DNA from: Spirochaetia bacterium
GTDB taxonomy: Bacteria > Spirochaetota > Spirochaetia > JAFGXN01
DNA: 64,000 nucleotides
Direction: 5' to 3'
NCBI GenBank assembly: GCA_034120015.1
Contig: JAXEIF010000005.1
Span: 7,467-71,466, forward strand
The translations under genes were made by a program, and so were the position numbers. Of this stretch, positions 38,211 to 48,007 are shown one piece after another. Every line of letters starts with the position of its first letter. The first letter of the stretch is position 1. The notes below the pieces were generated by a model, which was not told the DNA's origin, made no database searches, and saw only the letters and a program-made list of their open reading frames with translations.

Positions 38211-38609
38211 ATGAACAATTTAAATTCCATTTTAATCGAAGGTAATCTGATTAAGGATCCCGTTCTCAAATCGACACCCAACGGAACTCCCGTCTGTCTT
38301 TTTTCGGTCGCAACGAACCGTTTTTTTAAACAAAACGATGAACTGCAAAAAGAAGTCTCCTATTTTGATATTGAATCATGGGCTTCGACTGCCCAGTCAT
38401 GCGGAAGCCTGCTGACAAAGGGACGTGGTGTTCGTATTGTGGGCAGACTGAAGCAGGATCGCTGGAATGATGAAAACGGAAATCCGAAAAGCCGGATTAA
38501 AATCGTTGCCGAACATGTCGAATTCAAACCGGTAATCGGCAATCAGACCCGCAGCGTTTCCGAAAAGGAAGTCGAATTTGAAAGCGAAAAAACAGGAGAA
38601 ACGGAATAA
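38211..38609 (+). CDS. ssb: Single-stranded DNA-binding protein
   Basis: 'MNNLNSILIEGNLIKDPVLKSTPNGTPVCLFSVATNRFFKQ…' is an OB-fold SSB N-terminus. Start is taken at the internal ATG at 38211; the ORF track begins at 38103. Confidence 0.85.
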   Translation: MNNLNSILIEGNLIKDPVLKSTPNGTPVCLFSVATNRFFKQNDELQKEVSYFDIESWASTAQSCGSLLTKGRGVRIVGRLKQDRWNDENGNPKSRIKIVAEHVEFKPVIGNQTRSVSEKEVEFESEKTGETE

Positions 38610-38671
38610 ACGATTTGCCTTTTTATCAAATTTTTATTATACTAATATTATCAAGAATACGGAGATAAAAA

Positions 38672-38983
38672 ATGGCAATTGAATTTACAAGTGAAAATTT
38701 CGATGCGGAAGTTTTGAAATCGGACATTCCCGTACTGGTCGATTTCTGGGCACCCTGGTGCGGTCCCTGTAAGATGCTCGGACCGGTTATCGAAGATTTG
38801 GCTGCCGAATATAACGGAAAAGTGAAAATCGGCAAAGTCAACGTTGACAACGAACGGGAGCTGGCAATCAGCTACGGTGTTTCTTCGATTCCGTCACTGA
38901 AATTTTTTAAAAACGGATCTGTCGTTAAGGAATCGGTAGGATTTCTTGCTGCCGACCGCATCCGGGACATGATTAACAACTGA
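38672..38983 (+). CDS. trxA: Thioredoxin
   Basis: 103 aa with '[10 protein letters not shown]'. Confidence 0.9.
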   Translation: MAIEFTSENFDAEVLKSDIPVLVDFWAPWCGPCKMLGPVIEDLAAEYNGKVKIGKVNVDNERELAISYGVSSIPSLKFFKNGSVVKESVGFLAADRIRDMINN

Positions 38984-39011
38984 AAAAAGGGAACCTGACG
39001 GTTCCCTTTTT
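38983..39011. terminator. Bidirectional intrinsic terminator between the convergent trxA and 39010 (-) genes
   Basis: A6 run, then stem 'gggaacc-tgac-ggttccc', then T5. Confidence 0.8.
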
Positions 39012-39897
39012 AATGTATATCGGAAATATATTTAATTTTTCCGTCGCCTGCCGTCGGCACCCAAATATCGTCTCCGTCCATGAGAAAATCTCCGGGCAGA
39101 TTCAAATCCCGATCCCATATCGGGTACATCATATTTTCGTCGGTATCAAAACAGAATACACGTCCCGGAATCTCATCCGTTCCGTAATCGGTAACAAATA
39201 TCGATTTGTCTTCAACAGCAATTCCCCTGAAGCGCCCGGCAGCAGCACCGACAAAATAAGGTATAACCTCATTTTTCGAAATCCGGATTTTCAGATATCC
39301 TACCCGGCTGAGCGGTTTTCCGTTTTCCGTAGCGGCCGCACAAAAATAGAGATTTCCGGATTTAAAGAAAAGTCCCGAAACACCCTCAATCGGCTCCAAT
39401 ATTAGAGAATAATAATCGCCGTTAAAGTAAACCCTGTAAATTAATCCGTTTTTGGCATCCGACACCGCAAAAGAAACGCCGTCCCGCAACGGCTCGATAT
39501 CCGTCAGCATATCCGTTTCCGGCATCTCAAGTGTAAATTCTTCTTTTCGTGTCAGCAGATTAAATCCGCGAATAAACCCGCTGTCCGCAACATAAAGACG
39601 GTTATTTAAAACACTCATTCCGCGGGGAGCTTTCAATCCCGAAACCCAGTATTTATCGACAATTTCTCCCTTAGATGTCAGTTTTGAAACGTATCCGTCG
39701 TTACTGTTTTGATCGCCGCTCCCCATATTCGAAATAAACAAATACCGGCCGTAAGAGCATACAGACTGGGGTGCCGAAAAACCGACCCACTCATATTCGA
39801 AGCGTGTTCCCGAAAAAACCGCTATCGTCACAAAAAGATAAAAACAGATACATAAAATCTTTTGCACGAACAACCTCCGTCCGCGATATTTTATCAT
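39010..39897 (-). CDS. Secreted or membrane-anchored six-bladed beta-propeller protein (NHL/SMP-30-like)
   Basis: 295 aa with an N-terminal hydrophobic anchor and repeated propeller-blade-like segments (…GLKAPRGMSVLNNRLYVADSG…). Confidence 0.45.
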   Translation of the reverse strand: MIKYRGRRLFVQKILCICFYLFVTIAVFSGTRFEYEWVGFSAPQSVCSYGRYLFISNMGSGDQNSNDGYVSKLTSKGEIVDKYWVSGLKAPRGMSVLNNRLYVADSGFIRGFNLLTRKEEFTLEMPETDMLTDIEPLRDGVSFAVSDAKNGLIYRVYFNGDYYSLILEPIEGVSGLFFKSGNLYFCAAATENGKPLSRVGYLKIRISKNEVIPYFVGAAAGRFRGIAVEDKSIFVTDYGTDEIPGRVFCFDTDENMMYPIWDRDLNLPGDFLMDGDDIWVPTAGDGKIKYISDIH

Positions 39898-39982
39898 ATA
39901 TTCTCTTTAAAAAAAAGAGCTTTCCATTTCTTCGGGAAAAAACGATTGCCAATTCCGTCAAAATGGTGTATATTTATACGTA

Positions 39983-40453
39983 ATGTTAAATAAAAATTAT
40001 CGCTTGCAGCTTATAAAAGACCTCATCTCATGCGAACGCATCGAATCTCAGGACGATTTACTGACAAAGCTTCAGCAGGAAGGAATTTCACTGACACAGG
40101 CGACCCTTTCCCGTGATTTAAAACAGCTGAAAGTCGCCAAAGTTGCCGATACATACGGTTACCGGTATGTTATAAACGAACATCATGAATCGACGGCCCA
40201 CAAAAAAGAATATTTACGAGATATTGCAAGAGGATTAATTTCCGTTCACTTCTCGGGCAATATCGGCGTCATAAAAACACAGTCCGGTCATGCCGACAGC
40301 GTGGCTTTGGCTATCGACAAACTGAATATTCCCGATATTTTGGGAACCATCGCCGGTGACGATACAATTTTTTTCGTTATGAGTGACGAATCCCGTAAAT
40401 CGGATATTTTATCAAATCTCTCCGGTACAAATCCGGATAAGGAGTCGGAATGA
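39983..40453 (+). CDS. argR: Arginine repressor ArgR
   Basis: 156 aa with the winged-helix N-terminus (…TQATLSRDLKQL…) and the C-terminal oligomerisation motif 'GTIAGDDTIFFV'. Confidence 0.85.
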   Translation: MLNKNYRLQLIKDLISCERIESQDDLLTKLQQEGISLTQATLSRDLKQLKVAKVADTYGYRYVINEHHESTAHKKEYLRDIARGLISVHFSGNIGVIKTQSGHADSVALAIDKLNIPDILGTIAGDDTIFFVMSDESRKSDILSNLSGTNPDKESE

Positions 40454-41487
40454 AAGCAGCAATTATCGGAGCTTCCGGTTATACCGGACAAATTTTATTA
40501 CGTCTGTTGGAAAATCACCCGAAAATCAAGACAGTGATTCCCGTTTCCTCGACAAAAGCGGGAACTCCCGTAACGGATACGGATGCAGCCATCGGCAAAC
40601 CGATGAAAAAAACGGCGGAGACCGATTTCCGCTATGTCTCGGTCAACGCAGCTGCGGAAATGAAACCGGAAGTTGTTTTCGCGGCACTGCCTCACCTCAA
40701 AAGTGCGGAAGTCTGCGCGCCGTTCTTTAACGATTCGGTTGTTATCGACCTCTCGGCCGATTTCCGTATCAAAGACCGGAATATTTTTAAAGAAGCATAC
40801 GGACAGGAACCGCCCCGCCCCGATCTGCTCGATCAGGCGGTTTTCGGTTTGGTCGAAGTTTATAAAAAGGAAATCAAAAAAGCGTCTCTGATTGCCAATC
40901 CCGGCTGTTATCCGACCTGTACGACACTGCCGCTCTATCCCGTTTTGAAAAAATTCAGGCATACGGGACCGATTGTCGTCAACGCTCTTTCCGGCATCTC
41001 AGGTGCGGGGAAAAACTTAAAAGAAAATCTGATGTACTGCCAGCGCGATGAAAACTGCGGCGCTTACAATCCGGGAAAACTTCACCGGCACACGCAGGAA
41101 ATCGAACAGGAACTGAATAAAGCCCGTCCGGGAACAGATATCTTTTTCACTCCTCACCTTGTTCCGTTAAAAAGAGGAATGGCTGTGACTTCCTTTGTCT
41201 CCTTTAAAAAGGAACTGACAGACGACATGATTGAATCGACACTGTCCCGTTTCTACAAAAACTCGCCGTTTATCAACATCGTAGGCAGCGGCCGCATCCC
41301 CGAAACCGCAGATGTTTTGGGATCCAACCGGTGCGATATCGGATGGCGGATTTTCGGAAAACAGGTTATTTTTATGTCGGTTATCGACAATCTGATGAAG
41401 GGAGCATCGGGACAGGCCGTTCAAAATATGAATGTCCGCTTCGGCTTCCGGGAAACCGCCGGTTTGAATCTTTTCGGAGAACTGTAA
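40450..41487 (+). CDS. argC: N-acetyl-gamma-glutamyl-phosphate reductase
   Basis: 'AIIGASGYTGQ' Rossmann motif and catalytic-Cys region 'ANPGCYPT'. Confidence 0.9.
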   Translation: MKAAIIGASGYTGQILLRLLENHPKIKTVIPVSSTKAGTPVTDTDAAIGKPMKKTAETDFRYVSVNAAAEMKPEVVFAALPHLKSAEVCAPFFNDSVVIDLSADFRIKDRNIFKEAYGQEPPRPDLLDQAVFGLVEVYKKEIKKASLIANPGCYPTCTTLPLYPVLKKFRHTGPIVVNALSGISGAGKNLKENLMYCQRDENCGAYNPGKLHRHTQEIEQELNKARPGTDIFFTPHLVPLKRGMAVTSFVSFKKELTDDMIESTLSRFYKNSPFINIVGSGRIPETADVLGSNRCDIGWRIFGKQVIFMSVIDNLMKGASGQAVQNMNVRFGFRETAGLNLFGEL

Positions 41488-42245
41488 TGGGAATTGCCGT
41501 TGTTAAGATCGGAGGCCGTGTTGCCTCCGAAAAAGAAAAAATCATCAATCTTCTGAATGATATGGCTTCCGGCACAGACACTTCGTATATTTTGGTTCAC
41601 GGAGGCGGTGCGGAAGTGACCTCGGCAGCCGCACGGTTCGGAATCGAGTCAAAATTTGTTAACGGTGTCCGTTTTACCTCTCCGGAAGAAATGGCTGTTG
41701 TCGATGCCGTTCTGGCCGGTAAAATCAACAAAGAACTGGTACGAATGGCCGCCCGGGCAGGATTAAAGGGTGTCGGATTAAGCGGCTCCGACGGAAAACT
41801 CTTTACCGGCACGGCCGTTGCCGCCGGCTCATGCACCGGCAAAATTACCGGCACCGACACCGGTTTACTCTCTCTGCTGACCGAAAACGGCTATCTGCCG
41901 ATTATCGCCACCACATCCATGACGGCCGACGGCGCTCCGTTGAATATCAACGCGGACGAAGCGGCTCTGGCTCTTGCGGTTGCTTTAAAGGCGGATCGTC
42001 TGATTTACATTTCCGATATTCCCGGCGTGCTGAAAAACGATGCGGTCATACCCGCCTTAAACGGCACCTCGATTGCCGACGAAATAAACGCGGGAGTTAT
42101 TTCCGGAGGCATGATTCCCAAAGTCAAATCCGCACTCAAAGCGGTCGGAGAGGGCGTCGGTACCGTTATTATCGGCGGATACGAAAACCCGAAAGATTTA
42201 CAGCGGCTGGAATCGGGTGAAAAAGGAACTTCCATCAGACTTTAA
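41487..42245 (+). CDS. argB: Acetylglutamate kinase. The start 'MGIAVVKIGG' overlaps the argC stop in a TAATG arrangement.
   Basis: Amino-acid kinase fold '…VVKIGGRV…ILVHGGG…' and a typical ArgB length. The ORF track start at 41331 lies inside argC. Confidence 0.85.
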   Translation: MGIAVVKIGGRVASEKEKIINLLNDMASGTDTSYILVHGGGAEVTSAAARFGIESKFVNGVRFTSPEEMAVVDAVLAGKINKELVRMAARAGLKGVGLSGSDGKLFTGTAVAAGSCTGKITGTDTGLLSLLTENGYLPIIATTSMTADGAPLNINADEAALALAVALKADRLIYISDIPGVLKNDAVIPALNGTSIADEINAGVISGGMIPKVKSALKAVGEGVGTVIIGGYENPKDLQRLESGEKGTSIRL

Positions 42246-42262
42246 TACAACAGGAGAACGAT

Positions 42263-43459
42263 ATGAACAATCAGGATGCGTACAGTGTCAATCCCCCGCT
42301 TTGCCGCAATTACGCGGATCGTTTTTTGGTATTTGACCGCGGTGAAGGTTGTTATCTTTACGATATTAAGGGCAACCGATATCTTGATATGGCTGCAGGT
42401 ATTGCCGTCAACGCGCTCGGATACGGTCGGAAAGATTTGGCAGAAATTATGAGCCGGCAGGCGGAAAAAATCGTTCACTGCTCCAACCTCTTTTCAACGG
42501 TACCGACACTGGCGCTGGCCCAAAAACTGACAGCAGCATCCGGTTATGATGCTGTTTTTTTCGGAAACAGCGGAACCGAAGCCAACGAAGCGGCTCTGAA
42601 ATTTGCCCGTATTTATTCCAAGGCCCGGAAAGGCGATCGTGCCGTCGCCTATCTCAGTTTCGAATCCGCTTTTCACGGACGCACGGCGGGAACGCTCTCC
42701 GTTACTCCGAACGAGAAATACCAGAAGTCGTACCGGCCGCTGCTGCCCGAATGTCACACGGCTGTTTTTAACGATATTGCCTCTCTCGAAGCGGCTTTAA
42801 ACGATTCATTTGCAGCCGTGATTGTCGAACCGGTTCAGGGTGAAGGCGGAATCCATATTATGACACCGGAATTTGCAGCAAAACTGAACGAGCTGTGCGC
42901 CCGATATGACATTGTCCTGATTGCCGATGAAATTCAGGCCGGTTTGGGGCGAACCGGATACCCGTTCGCATCGTCGGCTTGCGGACTGAATCCCGATATT
43001 ATCACATTGGGAAAACCCATTGCCGGAGGTCTTCCTCTCGGAGCGACACTGGTCAAAAAGAAAATCAACGATGTCATTCATCCGGGCGACCACGGATCGA
43101 CATTCGGAGGAAACCCGGTCTGCTGTTCCGTAGCCAATCACATGCTGGATGTTCTTCTGAATCCTTCTTTTCTCGACGAAATCAAAGAAAAAGGAGACTA
43201 TCTGCACAGCCGGCTTTGCGAATTGCAAAACCGCTTTCCCGAAATCGTTTCGGGAGCCAGAGGCCTCGGTTTGATTCAGGGACTGGTTCTGAAAGATATC
43301 AGTCCGGCAGAGGTCATTCGAGAATGTGAAAGCAACGGCCTGATTTTGTTACGCGCCGGCACCGATGTGCTAAGACTGGTTCCGCCTCTTGTTATTACAA
43401 AGAATGAAATCGACGAAGGTGTCGGAATTATTGCAAAAGTTCTTTCCGTGATTGCGTGA
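42263..43459 (+). CDS. argD: Acetylornithine aminotransferase (class III)
   Basis: 398 aa with '…FFGNSGTEANEAALKFAR…' and 'IADEIQAGLGRTG', in arg-operon context. Confidence 0.8.
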   Translation: MNNQDAYSVNPPLCRNYADRFLVFDRGEGCYLYDIKGNRYLDMAAGIAVNALGYGRKDLAEIMSRQAEKIVHCSNLFSTVPTLALAQKLTAASGYDAVFFGNSGTEANEAALKFARIYSKARKGDRAVAYLSFESAFHGRTAGTLSVTPNEKYQKSYRPLLPECHTAVFNDIASLEAALNDSFAAVIVEPVQGEGGIHIMTPEFAAKLNELCARYDIVLIADEIQAGLGRTGYPFASSACGLNPDIITLGKPIAGGLPLGATLVKKKINDVIHPGDHGSTFGGNPVCCSVANHMLDVLLNPSFLDEIKEKGDYLHSRLCELQNRFPEIVSGARGLGLIQGLVLKDISPAEVIRECESNGLILLRAGTDVLRLVPPLVITKNEIDEGVGIIAKVLSVIA

Positions 43460-43603
43460 CAAAAATATTACGACGCGACACAAATCGGCTTCGAAACCCG
43501 CTCTTTTTGCTTTCGGAGCCGGAAAAGGACTTGATGAAATACAAGAAAAAATGTATATTTATTTAGAGATAAAAATAATTATACATCTTCAAAGGAGATT
43601 GTT

Positions 43604-44827
43604 ATGGCAAAAGAAATCAAAAAAATTGTTTTGGCTTATTCCGGCGGTTTGGATACATCCATTATCATTCCATGGCTGAAGGAAAACTACAATAATGCCG
43701 AAATCATCGGCGTCTGTACCGATGTCGGGCAAAAAGAAGATTGGGAGGCAATGAAAGAAAAAGCTACTGCTTCCGGTGCTTCCAAACTTTACATTCTCGA
43801 TATTAAAGAAGAGCTGGCTCAGGATTTGATTTTCCCGATGACCCGCGCCGGAGCGATTTACGAAGGCAAATATATGCTCGGAACCTCCATCGCCCGTCCG
43901 TTGCAGGCAAAACACATTGCCGAAATTGCGCTGAAAGAAAAAGCCGATGCGATTTGTCACGGCTGTACCGGAAAAGGAAACGACCAGGTTCGTTTCGAAC
44001 TGACATTCAAGGCCATTGCTCCCGAACTGACCATTATCGCTCCGTGGCGAATTTGGGATATTCACAGCCGCGAACAGGCTATCGATTATGCACAGGCTCA
44101 CAATGTCCCGCTCGGAAACATCACAAAGAAAAACATTTACTCCCGCGACTGGAATATGTGGCACATGAGTCACGAAGGTGCCGACCTCGAAGATCCTGCC
44201 AACAGACCTCAGGAGACACTGTTTCAACTGACTGTTTCTCCGAAAGCAGCTCCGGATAAAGAAACGGAAATCACAATCGACTTTGAAAAAGGGATTCCGG
44301 TCGGTATCAACGGAAAGAAAATGTCCGGAACCGATATTATCATGACCTTAAACAAACTCGGCGGTGAAAACGGAATCGGCAGAGCCGACCTTGTCGAAAG
44401 CCGCACAGTCGGAATGAAAAGCCGCGGTGTCTATGAAACGCCTGCGGGAACCATTCTGTACGCCGCGTTGAAAGAACTGGAAATGCTGACACTCGATGCC
44501 GATACATTGAGTCTTAAACAACATCTGTCGATTAACTACGCGGAACTGCTCTACACCGGGAAATGGTACTCCCCGGCCCGCGAAGCATTGGAAGCCTTCA
44601 TGGCCAGCGCCTGCGAATACACGACCGGTTCGGTCACTGTCGCTCTCTATAAGGGAAATATTATTGTTGTCGGCAGAACATCTCCCTATTCGATTTACAG
44701 CGAAGAATTGGCTTCTTTCGGAGAATCCTCATACAACCACAAGGATGCGGGCGGTTTTATCAACCTGTTCGGTCTTCCGACAAAAGTTGTGGCTCATGTC
44801 CGCAAAAACGCCAAAAAGAAAAAATAA
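43604..44827 (+). CDS. argG: Argininosuccinate synthase
   Basis: 'KKIVLAYSGGLDTS' PP-loop and an overall ArgG sequence. Confidence 0.9.
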   Translation: MAKEIKKIVLAYSGGLDTSIIIPWLKENYNNAEIIGVCTDVGQKEDWEAMKEKATASGASKLYILDIKEELAQDLIFPMTRAGAIYEGKYMLGTSIARPLQAKHIAEIALKEKADAICHGCTGKGNDQVRFELTFKAIAPELTIIAPWRIWDIHSREQAIDYAQAHNVPLGNITKKNIYSRDWNMWHMSHEGADLEDPANRPQETLFQLTVSPKAAPDKETEITIDFEKGIPVGINGKKMSGTDIIMTLNKLGGENGIGRADLVESRTVGMKSRGVYETPAGTILYAALKELEMLTLDADTLSLKQHLSINYAELLYTGKWYSPAREALEAFMASACEYTTGSVTVALYKGNIIVVGRTSPYSIYSEELASFGESSYNHKDAGGFINLFGLPTKVVAHVRKNAKKKK

Positions 44828-44837
44828 GGAAAAAAAG

Positions 44838-45299
44838 ATGAGTTATCAGGTACGTACGGCAACGGTCCATGATGTCAATGCGATTTTTCATCTGACAAAC
44901 GATCATGCGCAAGTCGGATTGATGCTGCCCCGAAGCAAATACAAAATTATCACGATGCTTAATAATTTTTCCGTAGTCGAAAATGCGGAGAAAACGGTCG
45001 TTGCCTGCGCTGCCCTGACTCCGCTATGGACCGATATGGCCGAAATTATGGCATTGGCGGTTGCCGATGAGTTTCAGGGGCAGGGAATCGGCAGTATGCT
45101 TTGCCGCTCCCTGATTGAAAAGGCAAAACAATTGGGATTTCCCAAAGTCATTGCCCTCACCTATCAGGTGGAATTCTTCAAAAAAATCGGATTTTCGGTG
45201 ACGGACAAAGATCAGTTTCCGCGAAAGATGTGGCGGGAATGTTTGGAATGTCCCAAACTCGAGCACTGCGACGAAACCGCAATGTATTTGGACCTTTAA
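44838..45299 (+). CDS. GNAT-family N-acetyltransferase (153 aa); candidate short N-acetylglutamate synthase
   Basis: Acetyl-CoA-binding motif 'ADEFQGQGIGSMLCRSLIEKAKQLGF'. It lies immediately downstream of argG, and the ATG at 44838 has an AAGGAAAAAAAG upstream. Confidence 0.7.
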   Translation: MSYQVRTATVHDVNAIFHLTNDHAQVGLMLPRSKYKIITMLNNFSVVENAEKTVVACAALTPLWTDMAEIMALAVADEFQGQGIGSMLCRSLIEKAKQLGFPKVIALTYQVEFFKKIGFSVTDKDQFPRKMWRECLECPKLEHCDETAMYLDL

Positions 45300-45330
45300 A
45301 AAAAGCTGCCTTAACGGCAGCTTTTTTATT
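45298..45330. terminator. Bidirectional intrinsic terminator between the GNAT (+) and rubrerythrin (-) genes
   Basis: A-run, then stem 'aagctgcc-ttaa-cggcagctt', then T6. Confidence 0.8.
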
Positions 45331-45343
45331 TTTGAGGGAAATC

Positions 45344-45883
45344 TCAGTAAGAGATCACTCTCAGCTGGAAATAAGCCTGCGGATGGTCGCAAACCGGACA
45401 TTTTTGCGGAGCTTCGGCTCCGTCGTAAATGTGACCGCAGTTGCGGCAAATCCAAACCGTTTTTTCCGTTTTCTTGAATACGGAATTGGTTTCGACATTT
45501 TTCAGCAAAGCTCTGTAGCGCTCTTCGTGTTCTTTTTCGATTTTGGCAACCGATTCGAAAAGGAAAGCAATCTGATCAAAACCTTCTTCCTTTGCTTCTT
45601 TGGCGAACGTGGCATACATATCTGTCCACTCATAATTTTCGCCTGCTGCAGCATCTTTCAAATTGTCGATTGTCGACCCGACAGCACCGCCGTGAAGGAG
45701 TTTAAACCAAATCTTGGCATGTTCTTTTTCGTTATCGGCTGTTTCCTGAAAAATAGCCGCAATCTGCTCATACCCTTCTTTTTTTGCCTTGCCGGCGTAA
45801 TAAGTATACTTATTACGAGCCTGAGATTCACCGGCAAAAGCCGTCATTAAATTTTTTTCTGTTTTGGATCCTTTCAATTCCAT
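45344..45883 (-). CDS. rbr: Rubrerythrin
   Basis: Ferritin-like di-iron domain with E…E…H motifs plus a C-terminal rubredoxin-like '[10 protein letters not shown]…CPVCDHP'. Confidence 0.85.
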   Translation of the reverse strand: MELKGSKTEKNLMTAFAGESQARNKYTYYAGKAKKEGYEQIAAIFQETADNEKEHAKIWFKLLHGGAVGSTIDNLKDAAAGENYEWTDMYATFAKEAKEEGFDQIAFLFESVAKIEKEHEERYRALLKNVETNSVFKKTEKTVWICRNCGHIYDGAEAPQKCPVCDHPQAYFQLRVISY

Positions 45884-45921
45884 GGATGTCCTCCGTATTA
45901 AAAATTATAATTAGTATAAAG

Positions 45922-47175
45922 TTATTTATTTAAGTTGTCAACTGTTTTTTTCACTTTTTTAAAAAGTATTTGAACGATTTGGTTTCCGTCCATTTTTCTG
46001 ACGGTCAGCTTTCCGTTGGGGATAAAAACCGATTCTCCCTCTAAGGGAATTTTTCCGAGTGTCTCAAAGATATAACCGGCCATTGTCTGACTGTAGCGGG
46101 AAGGTACCAAATCCGCATCAACTTCTCCGGAAAAGATATCGATTGGTAAATCACCGTTCAGCAGATAGGTATTTTCATCCAGTCTGATTAAACGGCTTTG
46201 CGCTCTGTCTTCATCTTCATCGTACAACTCACCGGTAATTTCTTCAACGACATCTTCCTGTGTCACGATTCCGGCCAAACCGCCATACTCATCCAGCACC
46301 ACTGCCATTTTCAGTTTTTTGATTTTAAATATCGCAAACAGTTCACTGACCTTTTTTGTTTCGGAAACAAAAATCGGATTATATTCTATCGATTTTAACT
46401 TTAAATCCGGATATTCTCCCGTTAAAATATCTCTTGCCAGAACAATGCCGCGTATATTTTCGCTGTCCTTATCGTAAATCGGAATACGGGAAAAGGTCGG
46501 AGATTCTTTTAAAACCTGTCTTGCCGCGCCGATTGTCATTTCGGCATCCAAACTGAAAACTTCTGTCCGATGTGTCATAATCGATGAAACGGGAATATCA
46601 TTCAGACGGAAAATCATTTTGACCATATCGTTTTCGTACTCTTCGACCACACCGACATCTTCAGCCAGAGAAACCATATGGAGGATAGCCTCCAATGAAA
46701 CCGGCTTTTTTGCTTTATTCCATGATATCAGCCGTGTAATGACCTTGCTGAAAATCATGACGGAGTAAACAAACGGACTGAATAAAGGAATCAGAACCGA
46801 CATCGGAAAAGCTGCCGCTTTCGCAAAAAATTCGTTATGCGCCAGGGCAACCTGCTTCGGAGTCACTTCTCCGAAAATCAGAACAATAACGGTTACCGCC
46901 AATGTCGCTATCGTTACCGCCGCATCGCTGAAACGGGCAATCGTATACGCCGTTGCAATCGATGTTGCGGCAATATTGACGAGGTTATTCCCGAGAAGGA
47001 TTGTTCCGAGAAGCAGATCCTGCCTTTTCATCAGACGGGCTACCAAACGGGACGGCAATGACTTGCTTTCTCCCATCATTTTTACGGTAACGAAAGAAAG
47101 AGATGTAAATGCCGTCTCGGTCGCCGAAAAAAAAGCCGATAAAAACAGAAGAAAGATAAAGGATCCGAGAAGCAT
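45922..47175 (-). CDS. CNNM/HlyC/CorC-family transporter (DUF21-CBS-CorC_HlyC)
   Basis: 417 aa with an N-terminal four-TM DUF21 domain, a tandem CBS pair and a C-terminal CorC/HlyC transporter-associated domain. Confidence 0.8.
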   Translation of the reverse strand: MLLGSFIFLLFLSAFFSATETAFTSLSFVTVKMMGESKSLPSRLVARLMKRQDLLLGTILLGNNLVNIAATSIATAYTIARFSDAAVTIATLAVTVIVLIFGEVTPKQVALAHNEFFAKAAAFPMSVLIPLFSPFVYSVMIFSKVITRLISWNKAKKPVSLEAILHMVSLAEDVGVVEEYENDMVKMIFRLNDIPVSSIMTHRTEVFSLDAEMTIGAARQVLKESPTFSRIPIYDKDSENIRGIVLARDILTGEYPDLKLKSIEYNPIFVSETKKVSELFAIFKIKKLKMAVVLDEYGGLAGIVTQEDVVEEITGELYDEDEDRAQSRLIRLDENTYLLNGDLPIDIFSGEVDADLVPSRYSQTMAGYIFETLGKIPLEGESVFIPNGKLTVRKMDGNQIVQILFKKVKKTVDNLNK

Positions 47176-47180
47176 ACCGG

Positions 47181-47957
47181 TTACCGCAGACTGCCGGATT
47201 CTTTTCGTTTGGCTTTAATCAATGCCGTCAACTGCTGTTCTCCGAAAGGAAGGTACAAAATAATAAATATAAAAAAAGCCAAAAGAAGCATTCCCGCAAT
47301 ATAATAAGGCCAGGGGCCGAAAACATTGACAAACAAATCAATCATGGACGGAAACTCCGGCTGTCCGTTTATAAACATGTAATTGGCACCGAGAATGCGG
47401 TTCATCAGCATGACAAAGAGCATCAGAAGTGTTGAAATTCCCATCGCTCTTAACAGAGATTTCCAGGTAATCCGATATCCGTGTACAATAATAAAATAGA
47501 GCGGTACCAGAATCAAAGTAAAATGAATCACCGTAAAATGATACCACCGGACATGAGGAAAGTGATATTCCAAATTCGGTGTAATCAGTGCCTGAAGGGC
47601 TCCTCCCAGTCCGAGGAAATAAGACATTTCAAAGAATATCTGTCTCCCTGTGAAAAGCAGAAAAAGCGAAGAATAAAGGGCAAAACTGCACAACTGAAGC
47701 GGAAGACTGATTTTTACATCCAGACCATGCTGGATTCCGTACCAGATATACCAGGATGACTCCGCACTCATCATAAAGAATGCCAGACAGATCCTGAAGA
47801 CAGCCTGAGCTCTGTCATTCCGGTTCTTCATCGCCAGCGGCACAACAATCCAAAGCAGCAGGCATCCGGCCAGCATTAAAAAGTGCTCGGGTGTAAAGGC
47901 GTGAAATTTACCGAATTCATTAAAATAGTCTTCTCCGAATCCGAAAAAACGATTCAT
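47181..47957 (-). CDS. Polytopic integral membrane protein of unknown function
   Basis: 258 aa with 7-8 hydrophobic helices. It may belong to the YwaF/TIGR02206 family typified by a T. pallidum protein; that assignment is tentative. Confidence 0.45.
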   Translation of the reverse strand: MNRFFGFGEDYFNEFGKFHAFTPEHFLMLAGCLLLWIVVPLAMKNRNDRAQAVFRICLAFFMMSAESSWYIWYGIQHGLDVKISLPLQLCSFALYSSLFLLFTGRQIFFEMSYFLGLGGALQALITPNLEYHFPHVRWYHFTVIHFTLILVPLYFIIVHGYRITWKSLLRAMGISTLLMLFVMLMNRILGANYMFINGQPEFPSMIDLFVNVFGPWPYYIAGMLLLAFFIFIILYLPFGEQQLTALIKAKRKESGSLR

Positions 47958-48007
47958 ATATACCTCCTATTGCGATCCGCTATCGCATAAACAACCATTC
48001 ACGGATA

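Noticed and set aside
39898-39982. Search for an ARG box (ArgR operator) upstream of argR/argC
   Set aside because: No convincing TNTGAATWWWWATTCANW-like palindrome was seen by eye, so it is left unannotated.
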